Assembly (NCBI GenBank): GCA_016218585.1
Contig: JACRDK010000013.1
Span: 1-62,402 of the forward strand
Reading direction: 5' to 3'
From: Candidatus Doudnabacteria bacterium
Lineage (GTDB): Bacteria; Patescibacteriota; Doudnabacteria; UBA920
Length of the DNA stretch: 62,402 bases
Shown: in pieces, positions 26,041 to 35,392 of the stretch
Layout: every line of letters begins with the position of its first letter
Numbering within the stretch: the stretch's first letter is position 1
Position numbers and translations under genes: made by a program
The notes under the pieces: generated by a model
Databases searched by the model: none
What the model was told of the DNA's origin: nothing
What the model saw: the letters and a program-made list of their open reading frames with translations, nothing else

Positions 26041-26090
26041 ATGTCCGCCCGATCCTCTGGAAGAGGTTTAGGGCGGACATTTTTGTTTTT
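26041..26090 (+). terminator. Rho-independent terminator
   Basis: atgtccgccc...gggcggacat followed by tttttgttttt. Confidence 0.8.
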
Positions 26091-26388
26091 ATGTGGATAT
26101 CTCCATGTCGCATAATTTATTGTTTTAAATTTATTAGGAAATTCGCGCAGTTGATAAAAACTACATATAGTATTATCATTAATAATGTAAACACTATATC
26201 TAGTAGAAATTCGGGGGTAGCGAAATCAAAACTAAAGAACAAAAGAGCCCCAAAAATAAATAGTGCAGTAAAATAAGGGCTTTTAAATAAGTTAAACATA
26301 AGGACTTGCGCAACAAGCCTTATTTATTGCCCTCAAAATAGGAAAAAATGACAGTTTATCGCCGATTATCATTCAAATTAAAAAGTAT

Positions 26389-26835
26389 ATGCGTTGCCCC
26401 AATTGCCAGTACGAGGATACAAAAGTATTAGACAGCAGGCCGGTAGACGAAGGTAGCGCCATCCGCCGCCGCCGGGAATGTGAAAAATGCGAGTTCCGCT
26501 TTAGCACTTACGAAGAAATAGAAATTTTAGACCTTTCGGTGGTAAAAAAAGACGGGAGTAAGCAAGCCTTCTCTAAAGAGAAACTGGAAAGAGCCCTGCG
26601 GCTGCCATTAGACAAAAGGCCTTGCACGGAAGACACCATGAGAAAGCTGCTTTCTTCCATAGAAATAGACATTCAGCGAAAAGCAAAAGACGGTGAAATC
26701 AAAAGTTCAGAGATAGGGGAGATAGTTATGAAGAAATTAAAAAAATCCGACAAAGTAGCTTATGTTAGATTCGCGGCAGTATACAGGCAGTTTGAGGATG
26801 TGGACGAATTTAAAGAAGAGTTGAAGAAATTATAA
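26389..26835 (+). CDS. nrdR: Transcriptional repressor NrdR
   Basis: 148 aa with an N-terminal zinc ribbon (MRCPNCQ..CEKCEFRFSTYE) and an ATP-cone. Confidence 0.95.
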   Translation: MRCPNCQYEDTKVLDSRPVDEGSAIRRRRECEKCEFRFSTYEEIEILDLSVVKKDGSKQAFSKEKLERALRLPLDKRPCTEDTMRKLLSSIEIDIQRKAKDGEIKSSEIGEIVMKKLKKSDKVAYVRFAAVYRQFEDVDEFKEELKKL

Positions 26836-26850
26836 ACTTTACGAAGTACG

Positions 26851-26870
26851 CCTGCCTACCGGCAGGCAGG
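26851..26870. repeat. CCTGCCTACCGGCAGGCAGG palindrome (1 mismatch)
   Basis: Same family as 10448 and 44246. It is flanked by TACGAA/GTACG words and may act as the nrdR terminator hairpin. Confidence 0.8.
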
Positions 26871-26924
26871 AAAAAAGTACGAACTTACGAAATAACACTA
26901 TCAATTAACATTGAAACAAAATTC

Positions 26925-26963
26925 TGATCAATCATGGTCAATTTTGATCAATTATGGACAATT
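26925..26963 (+). repeat. Tandem 19-bp direct repeat at 20-bp period, immediately upstream of the nrdJ start
   Basis: tgatcaatcatggtcaatt t tgatcaattatggacaatt; it ends 5 nt before ATG 26969. Confidence 0.8.
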
Positions 26964-26968
26964 AATTT

Positions 26969-29620
26969 ATGCAATCCAAAGTAAACTTACAAGAACGAAA
27001 GGTCAATGGTCTCTCCGAGCTCGGAGAAAAAATATTTTTAGATCGCTACGCGGTTAAGGACGTTAAGCGCGAAACTTTAAGCGCAGGAGATACTGTGGTA
27101 GTTTTGGTTAATCCAAAAACCGGACAGCGCGAAATAGGCACTATAGAAAATATTAACCGCGAGACTCGCGAAGTAAGCGTGCGCATGCGCGGCGGAGAAT
27201 TAGAATATCGCACCATTGAGCACGTGGACAAGCCGCTTGAATTAGTGCCGGAGCAAATGTTTGACCGGATTGCCAGACATATTGCCAGCGTAGAAAAAAC
27301 CGTTGAGAAACAAAATGAATGGGAAGGAAAATTTAGAAAATTAATGGACGACTGGAAGTATGTTCCGGCTGGGCGCATTTTTACCGGCGCCGGTACCGGA
27401 CAGAATTTAACTTTTTATAACTGCTACGTTATTCCGCACCCAAAAGACAGCCGCCATGGAATTTTTGAAACCTTGGGACAAATGGCTGAAATTATGTCCC
27501 GCGGCGGCGGCGTTGGCATTAATGTTTCTTCTCTTCGCCCGCGCTACGCTTATGTTAAAGGCGTAAACGGCCGTTCTTCCGGCTCTGTTTCCTGGGCCTC
27601 TTTATATAGTTTTGTTACCGGACTTATTGAACAGGGCGGCAGCAGGCGCGGCGCGTTGATGCTGATTTTAAATGTTTGGCATCCCGATGTAATAGATTTT
27701 ATTAATTCCAAAAAAGAAGCAGGCAAAATTACCAATGCCAACATTTCCGTAGGCATTACCGATGATTTTATGCAGGCCGTAAAAGAAGACAAGCCCTGGG
27801 ATTTAATTTTCCCGGACACTTCCGATCCGCTTTATGCTACCAAGTGGGACGGCAACATTAAGCGCTGGCAGGAAATGGGCGGTAAAGTTATTAAGCACAA
27901 AACCGTGCGCGCCCAGGATATTTGGGAAAATATTATTTCTTCCGCTTGGGCTTCCGCTGAGCCGGGAATGTATTTTATTGACCGCGCAAACTATTATTCC
28001 AACTCCTGGTACTATGCTGACCTGCCTTGCACCAACCCTTGCGGCGAGCAGCCGCTTCCAGCCTGGGGTGTGTGTAATTTAGGGCATGTCAACTTGGCTA
28101 AGCACATTAATAAAGAGAGCGGTGAAGTAATGTGGAATGAACTTAAAGCTACTGTTCAGTACGCGGTTCGTTTTCAGGATAATGTTATAGACGCTACTCC
28201 GTATTTCTTTGACGAAAACAAAGACCAGCAGTTATCTGAACGCCGTGTTGGCATGGGTACAATTGGTTTGGCGGAAATGATGATTTATAAAGGAATAAAG
28301 TACGGCAGCCCGGAAGCCGTGGAATTTATTGACAAACTGTACCAGTTTATTGCCGTTACCGCTTATGAGACATCTATAGAATTGGCTCGCGAAAAAGGTT
28401 CCTTTGCCAAGTTCAACGCGGACAAGTTTTTGCAAAGCGGGTTTATGAAAAATATGCCCGGATATATCCGCGACCTGGTTGCCAAATACGGCATTCGCAA
28501 TGTTACAATTATGACCCAGGCTCCGACTGGTACAGTAGGAACTATGGTTGGCACATCTACCGGCATTGAGCCGTTCTTCTCCTGGACTTACTTTAGAAAA
28601 TCCCGTCTGGGCGTTCATGAAGAAAAAATTAAATTGGCGCAGGACTGGTTAGATAAACATCCGGGCCAGGACCTGCCGGACTATTTTGCCACCGCTATGT
28701 CGCTTGCTCCCGAAGAACACGTAAGAGTGCAGGCCGCCGTTCAGCGCTGGACCGATAGCGCTATTTCCAAAACTTGCAACGCCCCGCAAAATTATACTGT
28801 TGAACAGACCAAAGAGCTCTATACTTTAATGTATGACTTAGGCTGCAAGGGCGGAACTATTTATCGCGACGGCAGCAGAGATGAACAAATTTTGGCGACC
28901 GACCACAAAAAATTGGGCAAAGACGCTTCCGACCAGGTGCAGGCCAAACAAGACGCCGCCGCCGGTTCTCAGCCAAAAGAAGTTATGTCTGTTTCCGGAG
29001 ATAATTTACAGATTAAAATTGCTCCGCGCCAGCGCCCAAATATAATGCAGGGCATTACCTATAAAATGCAGACTGCTTACGGCAACTTGTATGTGACTAT
29101 AAATGAAGATAGCCAGGGACCGTTTGAAGTTTTTGCCCAAATGGGCAAGGCCGGTGGTTTCTTCTCCGCTCAAACGGAAGCTATTACCCGGTTGATTTCT
29201 TTGGCCTTGCGTTCCAATGTAGCTATAGAAGAAATTATTGAGCAGCTTAAGGGTATTCGCGGTCCGGACGTTTCTTTCTCGGACGGCGGCGTAGTCTTCT
29301 CTCTGCCGGATGCCGTGGCTAAAGTTTTGGACAAACATATTAAGCGCGCAGACAAACAGCTTACTTTAAATTTGCCGGTGGCGGAAGCGGTTACTGTTTC
29401 AGAAAAAGAAGAAATGGTTTTAAAAACCGAAGAGAGAATTTTGGAAACAATTGCCGAAGAGAAAATAAAGACAAACGGCACGCTAACCTATAAAAAGACG
29501 CAAAAAGTTTCCATTGCCAATTTAGGCAACGCGCCGGTTTGTCCTTCTTGTGCTAATATGCTGGTTTTTGCCGAAGGCTGCCAGAAATGTGAGAGTTGCG
29601 GTTACTCCAAGTGCGGATAG
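26969..29620 (+). CDS. nrdJ: Adenosylcobalamin-dependent (class II) ribonucleotide reductase
   Basis: 883 aa with a class II RNR core (NPCGEQPL, TNPCGE active-site Cys loop, SKTCN) and a C-terminal CxxC..CxxC zinc ribbon tail. Confidence 0.9.
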   Translation: MQSKVNLQERKVNGLSELGEKIFLDRYAVKDVKRETLSAGDTVVVLVNPKTGQREIGTIENINRETREVSVRMRGGELEYRTIEHVDKPLELVPEQMFDRIARHIASVEKTVEKQNEWEGKFRKLMDDWKYVPAGRIFTGAGTGQNLTFYNCYVIPHPKDSRHGIFETLGQMAEIMSRGGGVGINVSSLRPRYAYVKGVNGRSSGSVSWASLYSFVTGLIEQGGSRRGALMLILNVWHPDVIDFINSKKEAGKITNANISVGITDDFMQAVKEDKPWDLIFPDTSDPLYATKWDGNIKRWQEMGGKVIKHKTVRAQDIWENIISSAWASAEPGMYFIDRANYYSNSWYYADLPCTNPCGEQPLPAWGVCNLGHVNLAKHINKESGEVMWNELKATVQYAVRFQDNVIDATPYFFDENKDQQLSERRVGMGTIGLAEMMIYKGIKYGSPEAVEFIDKLYQFIAVTAYETSIELAREKGSFAKFNADKFLQSGFMKNMPGYIRDLVAKYGIRNVTIMTQAPTGTVGTMVGTSTGIEPFFSWTYFRKSRLGVHEEKIKLAQDWLDKHPGQDLPDYFATAMSLAPEEHVRVQAAVQRWTDSAISKTCNAPQNYTVEQTKELYTLMYDLGCKGGTIYRDGSRDEQILATDHKKLGKDASDQVQAKQDAAAGSQPKEVMSVSGDNLQIKIAPRQRPNIMQGITYKMQTAYGNLYVTINEDSQGPFEVFAQMGKAGGFFSAQTEAITRLISLALRSNVAIEEIIEQLKGIRGPDVSFSDGGVVFSLPDAVAKVLDKHIKRADKQLTLNLPVAEAVTVSEKEEMVLKTEERILETIAEEKIKTNGTLTYKKTQKVSIANLGNAPVCPSCANMLVFAEGCQKCESCGYSKCG

Positions 29621-29864
29621 AATAGATTTAAGATTTATGATGTAAGATTTAAGAATGGCTACAGAAACCTACAGAACCTATAATGCGTTGTTTATCAGGA
29701 ACCGCAAGGAGTTAGAATTGTAGTAGTATGCCGATTTATCGGCCAATAGTAATTAAGTATCAAGCAAAGGCGGACGGCTGCTGTCAGCCGTCCGCCTAAA
29801 AAAATTTTACCATCCCGAGCGGAGTGAGGGATCCCTCGGGTGCATTCGGGATGGAATAATATTT

Positions 29865-30494
29865 ATGACTGAAAAGAAAAAGAAAATTAAAATGCCAAAA
29901 AAGTTTTCTGACGAGCCGAAGGGTTTGGTAATTTGCTATATTGGCGCGGGCAAGGGCAAGACTACGGCCGCTATGGGTATGGCCGTGCGCGCGGCAGGGG
30001 ACGGCAAAAATGTTTTTATTTTACAGTTCGTTAAAGCCGGAAACAAAACCGACGATAAAGTTAAAGAAGGTGAATGGCCGATTTCCTCGGAAATTAATTT
30101 TTTTGATAATATTAGTTATTCTGGAAATATTGGCACGATTGAAAATGAGCAGGTAGGTTTGGGTTTTGTCGGGATACTTGGAGACAAAAAAGAAAAAGAC
30201 ATCCACATTCGCGCCGCGCTTAAAGGCGTGGAAAGAGCTAGGGAAATAATTACCTCCGGCAAGTATGAGTTGGTAATTTTAGACGAAATAATTTCGGCGC
30301 TCGAAGTTGGGATATTGGAAGAAAGAGATATTTTAGATTTAATAAAGCTCAAAGGCCCTTTGCAGCATTTGGTAATTACCGGACATAATCAGTATCCAAA
30401 AATTTTAAAACAGTGCGATTTAGTGACGGAAATGAAAATGATCCAGCACCCTTATTATAAAGGGATCCTGGCGCAAAAAGGGATAGACTATTGA
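29865..30494 (+). CDS. cobO: Cob(I)alamin/cob(I)yrinic acid a,c-diamide adenosyltransferase (CobA/CobO/BtuR type)
   Basis: 209 aa with P-loop GAGKGKTTAA, ILDEI, VITGHN and a HPY.KGI..QKGIDY C-terminus. Confidence 0.85.
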   Translation: MTEKKKKIKMPKKFSDEPKGLVICYIGAGKGKTTAAMGMAVRAAGDGKNVFILQFVKAGNKTDDKVKEGEWPISSEINFFDNISYSGNIGTIENEQVGLGFVGILGDKKEKDIHIRAALKGVERAREIITSGKYELVILDEIISALEVGILEERDILDLIKLKGPLQHLVITGHNQYPKILKQCDLVTEMKMIQHPYYKGILAQKGIDY

Positions 30495-30526
30495 AAATTT
30501 AAGAGATATGATTTAAGATTTAAGAT

Positions 30527-31000
30527 ATGGTCAAATACAGAAAATTTATATTTGCGAGTTTAGCGATACTATTATTGGCAGCCGGATGTACAAAGACCCA
30601 GCCGGTGGATGATACAAACTTAGAGGGGTCTCCTTTATTAAAGGAACAGTCAGGCCAAAGACCGGCAACATCAACGTCCGCAGCTCCTGTTACAGCACCC
30701 AAGACCCAGAATCCAAACGCCGTGGTTACGCAAAAAACCATTGCGCCTCCGATGAATGAAATTAAGTATCAGGGAGAAGACGGAAAAAACGCCATGGACT
30801 TGTTAAAAGCCAAATACAAAGTTGAAACTAAAAGCTTTGGTTCGGCCGGAGAATTTGTAGAAAGCATAAATGGCGTAAAACCGGACAGCAAACATTTTTG
30901 GAAATTTTTTATTAACGGCAAATCCGCAAGCGTAGGCGCCAGCAGTTATGTTACCAAGAGCACGGATATGCTTGAGTGGCAACTGGACGAAATTAAATAA
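30527..31000 (+). CDS. DUF4430 lipoprotein (transcobalamin-like B12-binding domain candidate)
   Basis: 157 aa with lipobox LLAAGC. The C-terminal segment GEFVESINGVKPDSKHFWKFFINGKSASVGASSY fits the DUF4430 pattern. Confidence 0.7.
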   Translation: MVKYRKFIFASLAILLLAAGCTKTQPVDDTNLEGSPLLKEQSGQRPATSTSAAPVTAPKTQNPNAVVTQKTIAPPMNEIKYQGEDGKNAMDLLKAKYKVETKSFGSAGEFVESINGVKPDSKHFWKFFINGKSASVGASSYVTKSTDMLEWQLDEIK

Positions 31001-31012
31001 CTAATATTTTAT

Positions 31013-31585
31013 ATGATTTTTTACTTTATAATAATTTTAGCAGTCGCATCCCGTTTTGTTCCTCATATGCCTAATGTTGGTTTAATAACCGCGTTGGCAA
31101 TGTTTTCCGCCGCCAATATGGACTGGAAAAAGTCGGTTGGCATTACTTTGGCCGCCAGATTCATTAGCGATATTTTCTTAGGTTTTTTTGCGTGGCCGTT
31201 AATGGTTGCGGTTTACGCAGCTCATCTGGTTGGAATTTTGTTTGGCGTTTGGATTAAAAATTCAACCTCTCCCGCCCTGCGGGCATCCTCCCCTCATAAG
31301 GGGAGGGACGGGGAGAGGATGCAGTATCGTTGGGTAAAAATTATTTTCTCTTCTTTGGCTTCTTCCGCAATTTTCTTTTTGGTAACTAACTTCGCTTTTC
31401 TTTACGCTGAGTACCCGCACAATTTTGCAGGAGTAATGTTGGCCTATGCTAACGGCCTTCCTTTTCTGCGCGGCACTATGGCAGGGGACATAGCTTATTC
31501 GCTGTTGTTGTTTGGATCCTTTGAGTTGGCTATGCACTTTAAATCAAAAACGTCAGAAACTAAATTCCTAATCCCTAATTCCTAA
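31013..31585 (+). CDS. Multi-pass membrane protein (S-component-like; possible vitamin/B12 uptake)
   Basis: 190 aa, about 5 TM, with N-terminal RFVPHMPNV. It carries repeat copy b in frame (STSPALRASSPHKGRDGERM). Function is inferred from gene context only. Confidence 0.5.
   Translation: MIFYFIIILAVASRFVPHMPNVGLITALAMFSAANMDWKKSVGITLAARFISDIFLGFFAWPLMVAVYAAHLVGILFGVWIKNSTSPALRASSPHKGRDGERMQYRWVKIIFSSLASSAIFFLVTNFAFLYAEYPHNFAGVMLAYANGLPFLRGTMAGDIAYSLLLFGSFELAMHFKSKTSETKFLIPNS
31263..31318. repeat. CAACCTCTCC palindromic element, copy b (inside the membrane-protein CDS)
   Basis: caacctctcccgccctgcgggcatcctcccctcataaggggagggacggggagagg. Confidence 0.85.
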
Positions 31586-31595
31586 TTCTTTTCCT

Positions 31596-32030
31596 ATGCT
31601 TAAGGGAATTGATTTTGTTGGAAATTGTGTAGTGTTCTTTTGCCACGATGGCAAAGGAAAATTTGTTATGGCCAAACGCTCGCCCCGGGCGCGCGATGAA
31701 CATGGGCGCTGGGATATTGGCGGCGGGGGACTAGAGCTTCACGACACAGTGGAAAATACTTTAAGAAAAGAAATAATGGAAGAATATTGCACCGATGTTT
31801 TAGACTTTGAAGCTCTGGGCTACAGAGATGTTCATAGAGAGGTTAACGGCCAGCCAACTCATTGGATTGCCTTGGATTTTAAAGTTTTGGTGGACCCGAC
31901 CAAGGTAAAAATTGGCGAACCTAACAAAATGGATGCGGTAGAGTGGTTTAGTTTGGACAGTATGCCGGCAATGGAAGAATCTCATTCCCAGTGGCCGGAG
32001 TTCCTAAGGCTGTATAGAGATAAATTATGA
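31596..32030 (+). CDS. NUDIX hydrolase
   Basis: 144 aa with Nudix box GGGGLELHDTVENTLRKEIMEEYC. Confidence 0.85.
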   Translation: MLKGIDFVGNCVVFFCHDGKGKFVMAKRSPRARDEHGRWDIGGGGLELHDTVENTLRKEIMEEYCTDVLDFEALGYRDVHREVNGQPTHWIALDFKVLVDPTKVKIGEPNKMDAVEWFSLDSMPAMEESHSQWPEFLRLYRDKL

Positions 32031-32248
32031 CAATTACCGTTCAGGTTCACCCAAATAGCAAAAAACCCCGCATAGAAAAAGATTTGTTCGGCGAACTGCA
32101 TATTTATGTTAATCAGCCGCCGCTAGAGGGTAAAGCCAATAAAGCGGTCACAGAAAGTTTGGCCGAGCATTTTAAAGTAAGCAAGTCCCGCGTGGTTTTA
32201 GTCCGCGGAGAAAAATCAAAAAAGAAAACCTTTGAAATAGATGTCTAA
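32027..32248 (+). CDS. DUF167/YggU family protein
   Basis: 73 aa. V.V.P.SKK..I........L.I.V..PP.EGKAN..V...LA..F.V.KS.V.LV.G..S..K fits the family pattern. There is a 4-nt overlap with the upstream gene. Confidence 0.8.
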   Translation: MTITVQVHPNSKKPRIEKDLFGELHIYVNQPPLEGKANKAVTESLAEHFKVSKSRVVLVRGEKSKKKTFEIDV

Positions 32249-33695
32249 GTCCAGGGTATTTATTGGCATAGCAATCTGTTTTGCCGCGGGAATTCTGGCG
32301 GCGTCTGGTTTAGAAATCCCCAGAGAGTATTTATACATTTATTTAGCGTTAACGCTTTCCGCATTCGCCTTAACTTTTTTAAATGAAAAAACTTTCAGCG
32401 CTCTTCTAGCGCTGTTTTTATTTGCTTTTGGCTTAGGGGCGCTGCGGCTGCAGCTGGCCCAGGTTAGCAGCGAGTATGAGCGTCAATTTGGAGAAAAATT
32501 GCAAATGGAAGGTTATGTGGTAAAAGAGGCGGACGTGCGCGACGGCCGGCAGTTATTGTACATTCTGCCAAAAAATCACGCTCAGAATATTTTGGTTACT
32601 ACAACTTTGGCGCAGGAATTCTTTTATGGCGATTTGGTTGTTATTGAAGGCAAAGTCGCGGAGCCAAAAAGTTTTGAAGATTTTGACTACAAAGGATATT
32701 TGGAACGCTTTAACGTGTACGCGCAAATGAGCTATCCAAAAATTTTAATTTTAAAAAGCCACCAGCTAAATCCGGCAAAAGAGGCTTTGCTAAAAATTAA
32801 ACAGCTGTTTGTAAAACAGTTGGGATTGCTATTTACAGAACCGCAAAACAGCTTGTTGCTGGGAATTTTAATTGGCGCAAAGAAAAATTTGCCCGTTGGC
32901 ATTGTAGATAATTTTAACGCCACCGGCACTTCCCATATAATTGCTATTTCCGGATTTAATATTACTATTATGATTTCCGCATTAGCGGTTTTAGCCAGGC
33001 TGCTTGGGCGGAAGTTTAGTTTTTGGTTTACAGTTTTTGTAATTATTGCTTTCGTTGTTATAACCGGCGCGTCCGCTTCGGTGGTGCGGGCGGCGATTAT
33101 GGGTTTTTTATTGTTATTATCCTTTAACATTGGCCGGCAGTATTCGGTCGGCCCGGCGCTGTTTTTTGCCGCGCTGGTTATGCTGGTTGTAAATCCAAAA
33201 ATATTATTCTGGGATGTTGGTTTTCAGTTGTCATTTGCCGCGACTTTGGGGATAGTTTATTTTTCGCCGCTCTTTGGCATAATTTTTTCCAAAGCACCCG
33301 AAGCCTGGGGAGCAAAAACTTTATTGCTTACAACCTTTGCGGCAATTATTTCCACCATGCCGTTAATCTTATATAATTTTCAGCGTTTAAGCTTGTCCGC
33401 GCCTTTGGCTAACTTGTTAATATTGCCCATAGTTCCGTGGGCAATGTTATTTGGATTTTTAAGCATTGTTCCCGTACTTGGCCCGGGCTTTTCCTGGCTG
33501 GCTAACTGGTTGTTGCTATATATTTTAAAAGTTACTGCTTTTCTGGCCGCTTTGCCTTATAGCAGCGTTAATTTAACCATTTCCACATTGGTTTTTTGGA
33601 TTATGATGGCTTTGGTACCGGGATTATATTTTTTCCTGTCTAGGATTTTTGCCGGGGAAAAAAAGCGCAATATCCCAGCCGGAAACATTTCTTAA
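32241..33695 (+). CDS. comEC: ComEC/Rec2 family competence channel (no beta-lactamase domain)
   Basis: 484 aa, polytopic, with competence-domain motif GTSHIIAISGFNITIM..ASASVVRAAIMG. Confidence 0.85.
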   Translation: MSKSRVFIGIAICFAAGILAASGLEIPREYLYIYLALTLSAFALTFLNEKTFSALLALFLFAFGLGALRLQLAQVSSEYERQFGEKLQMEGYVVKEADVRDGRQLLYILPKNHAQNILVTTTLAQEFFYGDLVVIEGKVAEPKSFEDFDYKGYLERFNVYAQMSYPKILILKSHQLNPAKEALLKIKQLFVKQLGLLFTEPQNSLLLGILIGAKKNLPVGIVDNFNATGTSHIIAISGFNITIMISALAVLARLLGRKFSFWFTVFVIIAFVVITGASASVVRAAIMGFLLLLSFNIGRQYSVGPALFFAALVMLVVNPKILFWDVGFQLSFAATLGIVYFSPLFGIIFSKAPEAWGAKTLLLTTFAAIISTMPLILYNFQRLSLSAPLANLLILPIVPWAMLFGFLSIVPVLGPGFSWLANWLLLYILKVTAFLAALPYSSVNLTISTLVFWIMMALVPGLYFFLSRIFAGEKKRNIPAGNIS

Positions 33696-33776
33696 TGTCG
33701 GGTAGCTTTGCCGGGTTGAAGAAAGCCGGCCTATATGATAAAATAGCAAAAGAATTCATAAAAATTAAGGAGAATC

Positions 33777-34565
33777 ATGACAAACAAAACACTCATTCTG
33801 GTGATTGCCGCATTGGTAATTTTAGGAGCCGGAGCGGCCGGGTACTACTATTGGCAAAATTATAAGCCGCTAACAAATGTTCCGCTGGAGACGTATAATC
33901 AGGAACAGCAGCAGCCGGCGCCAAGCAATAATCAAGCCGCCCAAACACAAACCCAATCGCCAGCAACAACAACGCCAAGTTCAAACGGCGCAACTAAAGA
34001 AACATTAAATGGATGCACAAGAATGTTCGACGCAAATAAATTGAAAAATGACAAAGTAAGTATTTCCGGACGCCAAGTCCAAATGGATGTAAAAGGTTTT
34101 GGTAAAATCACCGTAGAATTTTACGACAAGGATGCCCCTAAGACTGTGGAAAATTTCTTGCGTCTCACCAACGCCGGTTATTATGACTGTTTAACTTTCC
34201 ATCGCGTAGCTAAAGGATTTGTAATTCAAGGCGGCGATCCGAGCGGGACAGGTAGCGGGGGAGACTCGGCATTCGGCGGAGAATTTGCCGATGAAATTAA
34301 CGCTTCTTCCGAACTTTATAAAACCGGTTACGTAAAAGGCGTGCTCGCTATGGCCAACCGCGGACCAAATACCAACACCAGCCAGTTCTTTATTATGTTG
34401 GGCAATGTTCCTCTTTCCCCGGCCTACACAATTTTTGGTAAAGTTGTTGCCGGACAAGACGTGGTAGATAAAATTGGTTTAGTAGATATAACTCCACAAA
34501 TGGGTCCGACTGACGGTGCCCCAAAAACTCCGGTAGTTGTAGAAAGCGCTAAAATAATTAAATAA
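33777..34565 (+). CDS. ppiB: Cyclophilin-type peptidyl-prolyl isomerase, membrane anchored
   Basis: 262 aa with an N-terminal TM, a Q/T-rich linker and a cyclophilin core (FHRVAKGFVIQGGDP, SQFFIM). Confidence 0.9.
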   Translation: MTNKTLILVIAALVILGAGAAGYYYWQNYKPLTNVPLETYNQEQQQPAPSNNQAAQTQTQSPATTTPSSNGATKETLNGCTRMFDANKLKNDKVSISGRQVQMDVKGFGKITVEFYDKDAPKTVENFLRLTNAGYYDCLTFHRVAKGFVIQGGDPSGTGSGGDSAFGGEFADEINASSELYKTGYVKGVLAMANRGPNTNTSQFFIMLGNVPLSPAYTIFGKVVAGQDVVDKIGLVDITPQMGPTDGAPKTPVVVESAKIIK

Positions 34566-34694
34566 CAATTAACAATTAAAGATACAAATATACGGATTGC
34601 ACAAATGAAACTAATTACAACTAATTCTGTTTAGGAAGGATTTGTAGATATTTGTATCATTTGTCCATTAGTATATTCGTATAATCATTCGCAT

Positions 34695-35285
34695 ATGCAA
34701 AAATTGAAACAGGAAAAAACTTTAGTTTTAGTAAAACCGGACGGAGTAAAGCGCGGGCTTATTGGTGAAATTGTCGGCCGCATTGAACGCCGCGGTTTAA
34801 AAGTTGTCGCTTTAAAAATGGTTCAGGTTGGACGCCCTCATTTGGAAGAACATTTTCCAAAGAGCGATGAATGGGTCGGCCGTTTGGGCGACAAAGGCCT
34901 TTCCACCTTTGCCGATTACAAGTTGGACCCGAAAGAACATTTGGGAACTGACGACAGAATGCAGATTGGTAAAAAAGTTAAAGAAAGCTTGTTTGAATAT
35001 ATGACTTCCGGCCCAATAGTGGCAATGGTAGTCCAGGGTATGCACTCAATTGATATGGTGCGCAAGCTTGCCGGACACACTTTGCCGTTTAAGGCCGATA
35101 TGGGCACCCTGCGCGGAGATTTTAGCGTAGATAGCCCGGCAGTAGCTAACGTAGAAGGCCGCGCAATTCATAATATTATGCACGCTTCCGAAACTCCGGA
35201 AGAAGCCGCAAATGAAATTAACCTATGGTTTAAACCGGAAGAAATTCACGAATATAAGAGAGCAGAAGAAGACGTGATGTTTTAA
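34695..35285 (+). CDS. ndk: Nucleoside diphosphate kinase (long form with internal insertion)
   Basis: 196 aa with LVLVKPDGV..GLIGEI, active-site NIMHASE, and an insertion of about 45 aa relative to canonical Ndk. Confidence 0.85.
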   Translation: MQKLKQEKTLVLVKPDGVKRGLIGEIVGRIERRGLKVVALKMVQVGRPHLEEHFPKSDEWVGRLGDKGLSTFADYKLDPKEHLGTDDRMQIGKKVKESLFEYMTSGPIVAMVVQGMHSIDMVRKLAGHTLPFKADMGTLRGDFSVDSPAVANVEGRAIHNIMHASETPEEAANEINLWFKPEEIHEYKRAEEDVMF

Positions 35286-35301
35286 AATTCAATAAACACA
35301 A

Positions 35302-35337
35302 AAGCCCGCTTCGATTCGTCGGAGCGGGCTTTTTTGT
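35302..35337 (+). terminator. ndk terminator hairpin (repeat copy 1)
   Basis: gcccgcttcgattcgtcggagcgggc plus a T-run. The same 30-nt core recurs at 36025-36055. Confidence 0.85.
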
Positions 35338-35392
35338 TAATTGACGTAATTTGTGGCTTTGGTATATGATTATTTACCAAGGAGGAAGACGG

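Noticed and set aside
26836-26968. Canonical NrdR boxes upstream of nrdJ
   Set aside because: No pair of 16-bp acaCwAtATaTwGtgt-like palindromes was found by eye. Only the tandem direct repeats were reported.
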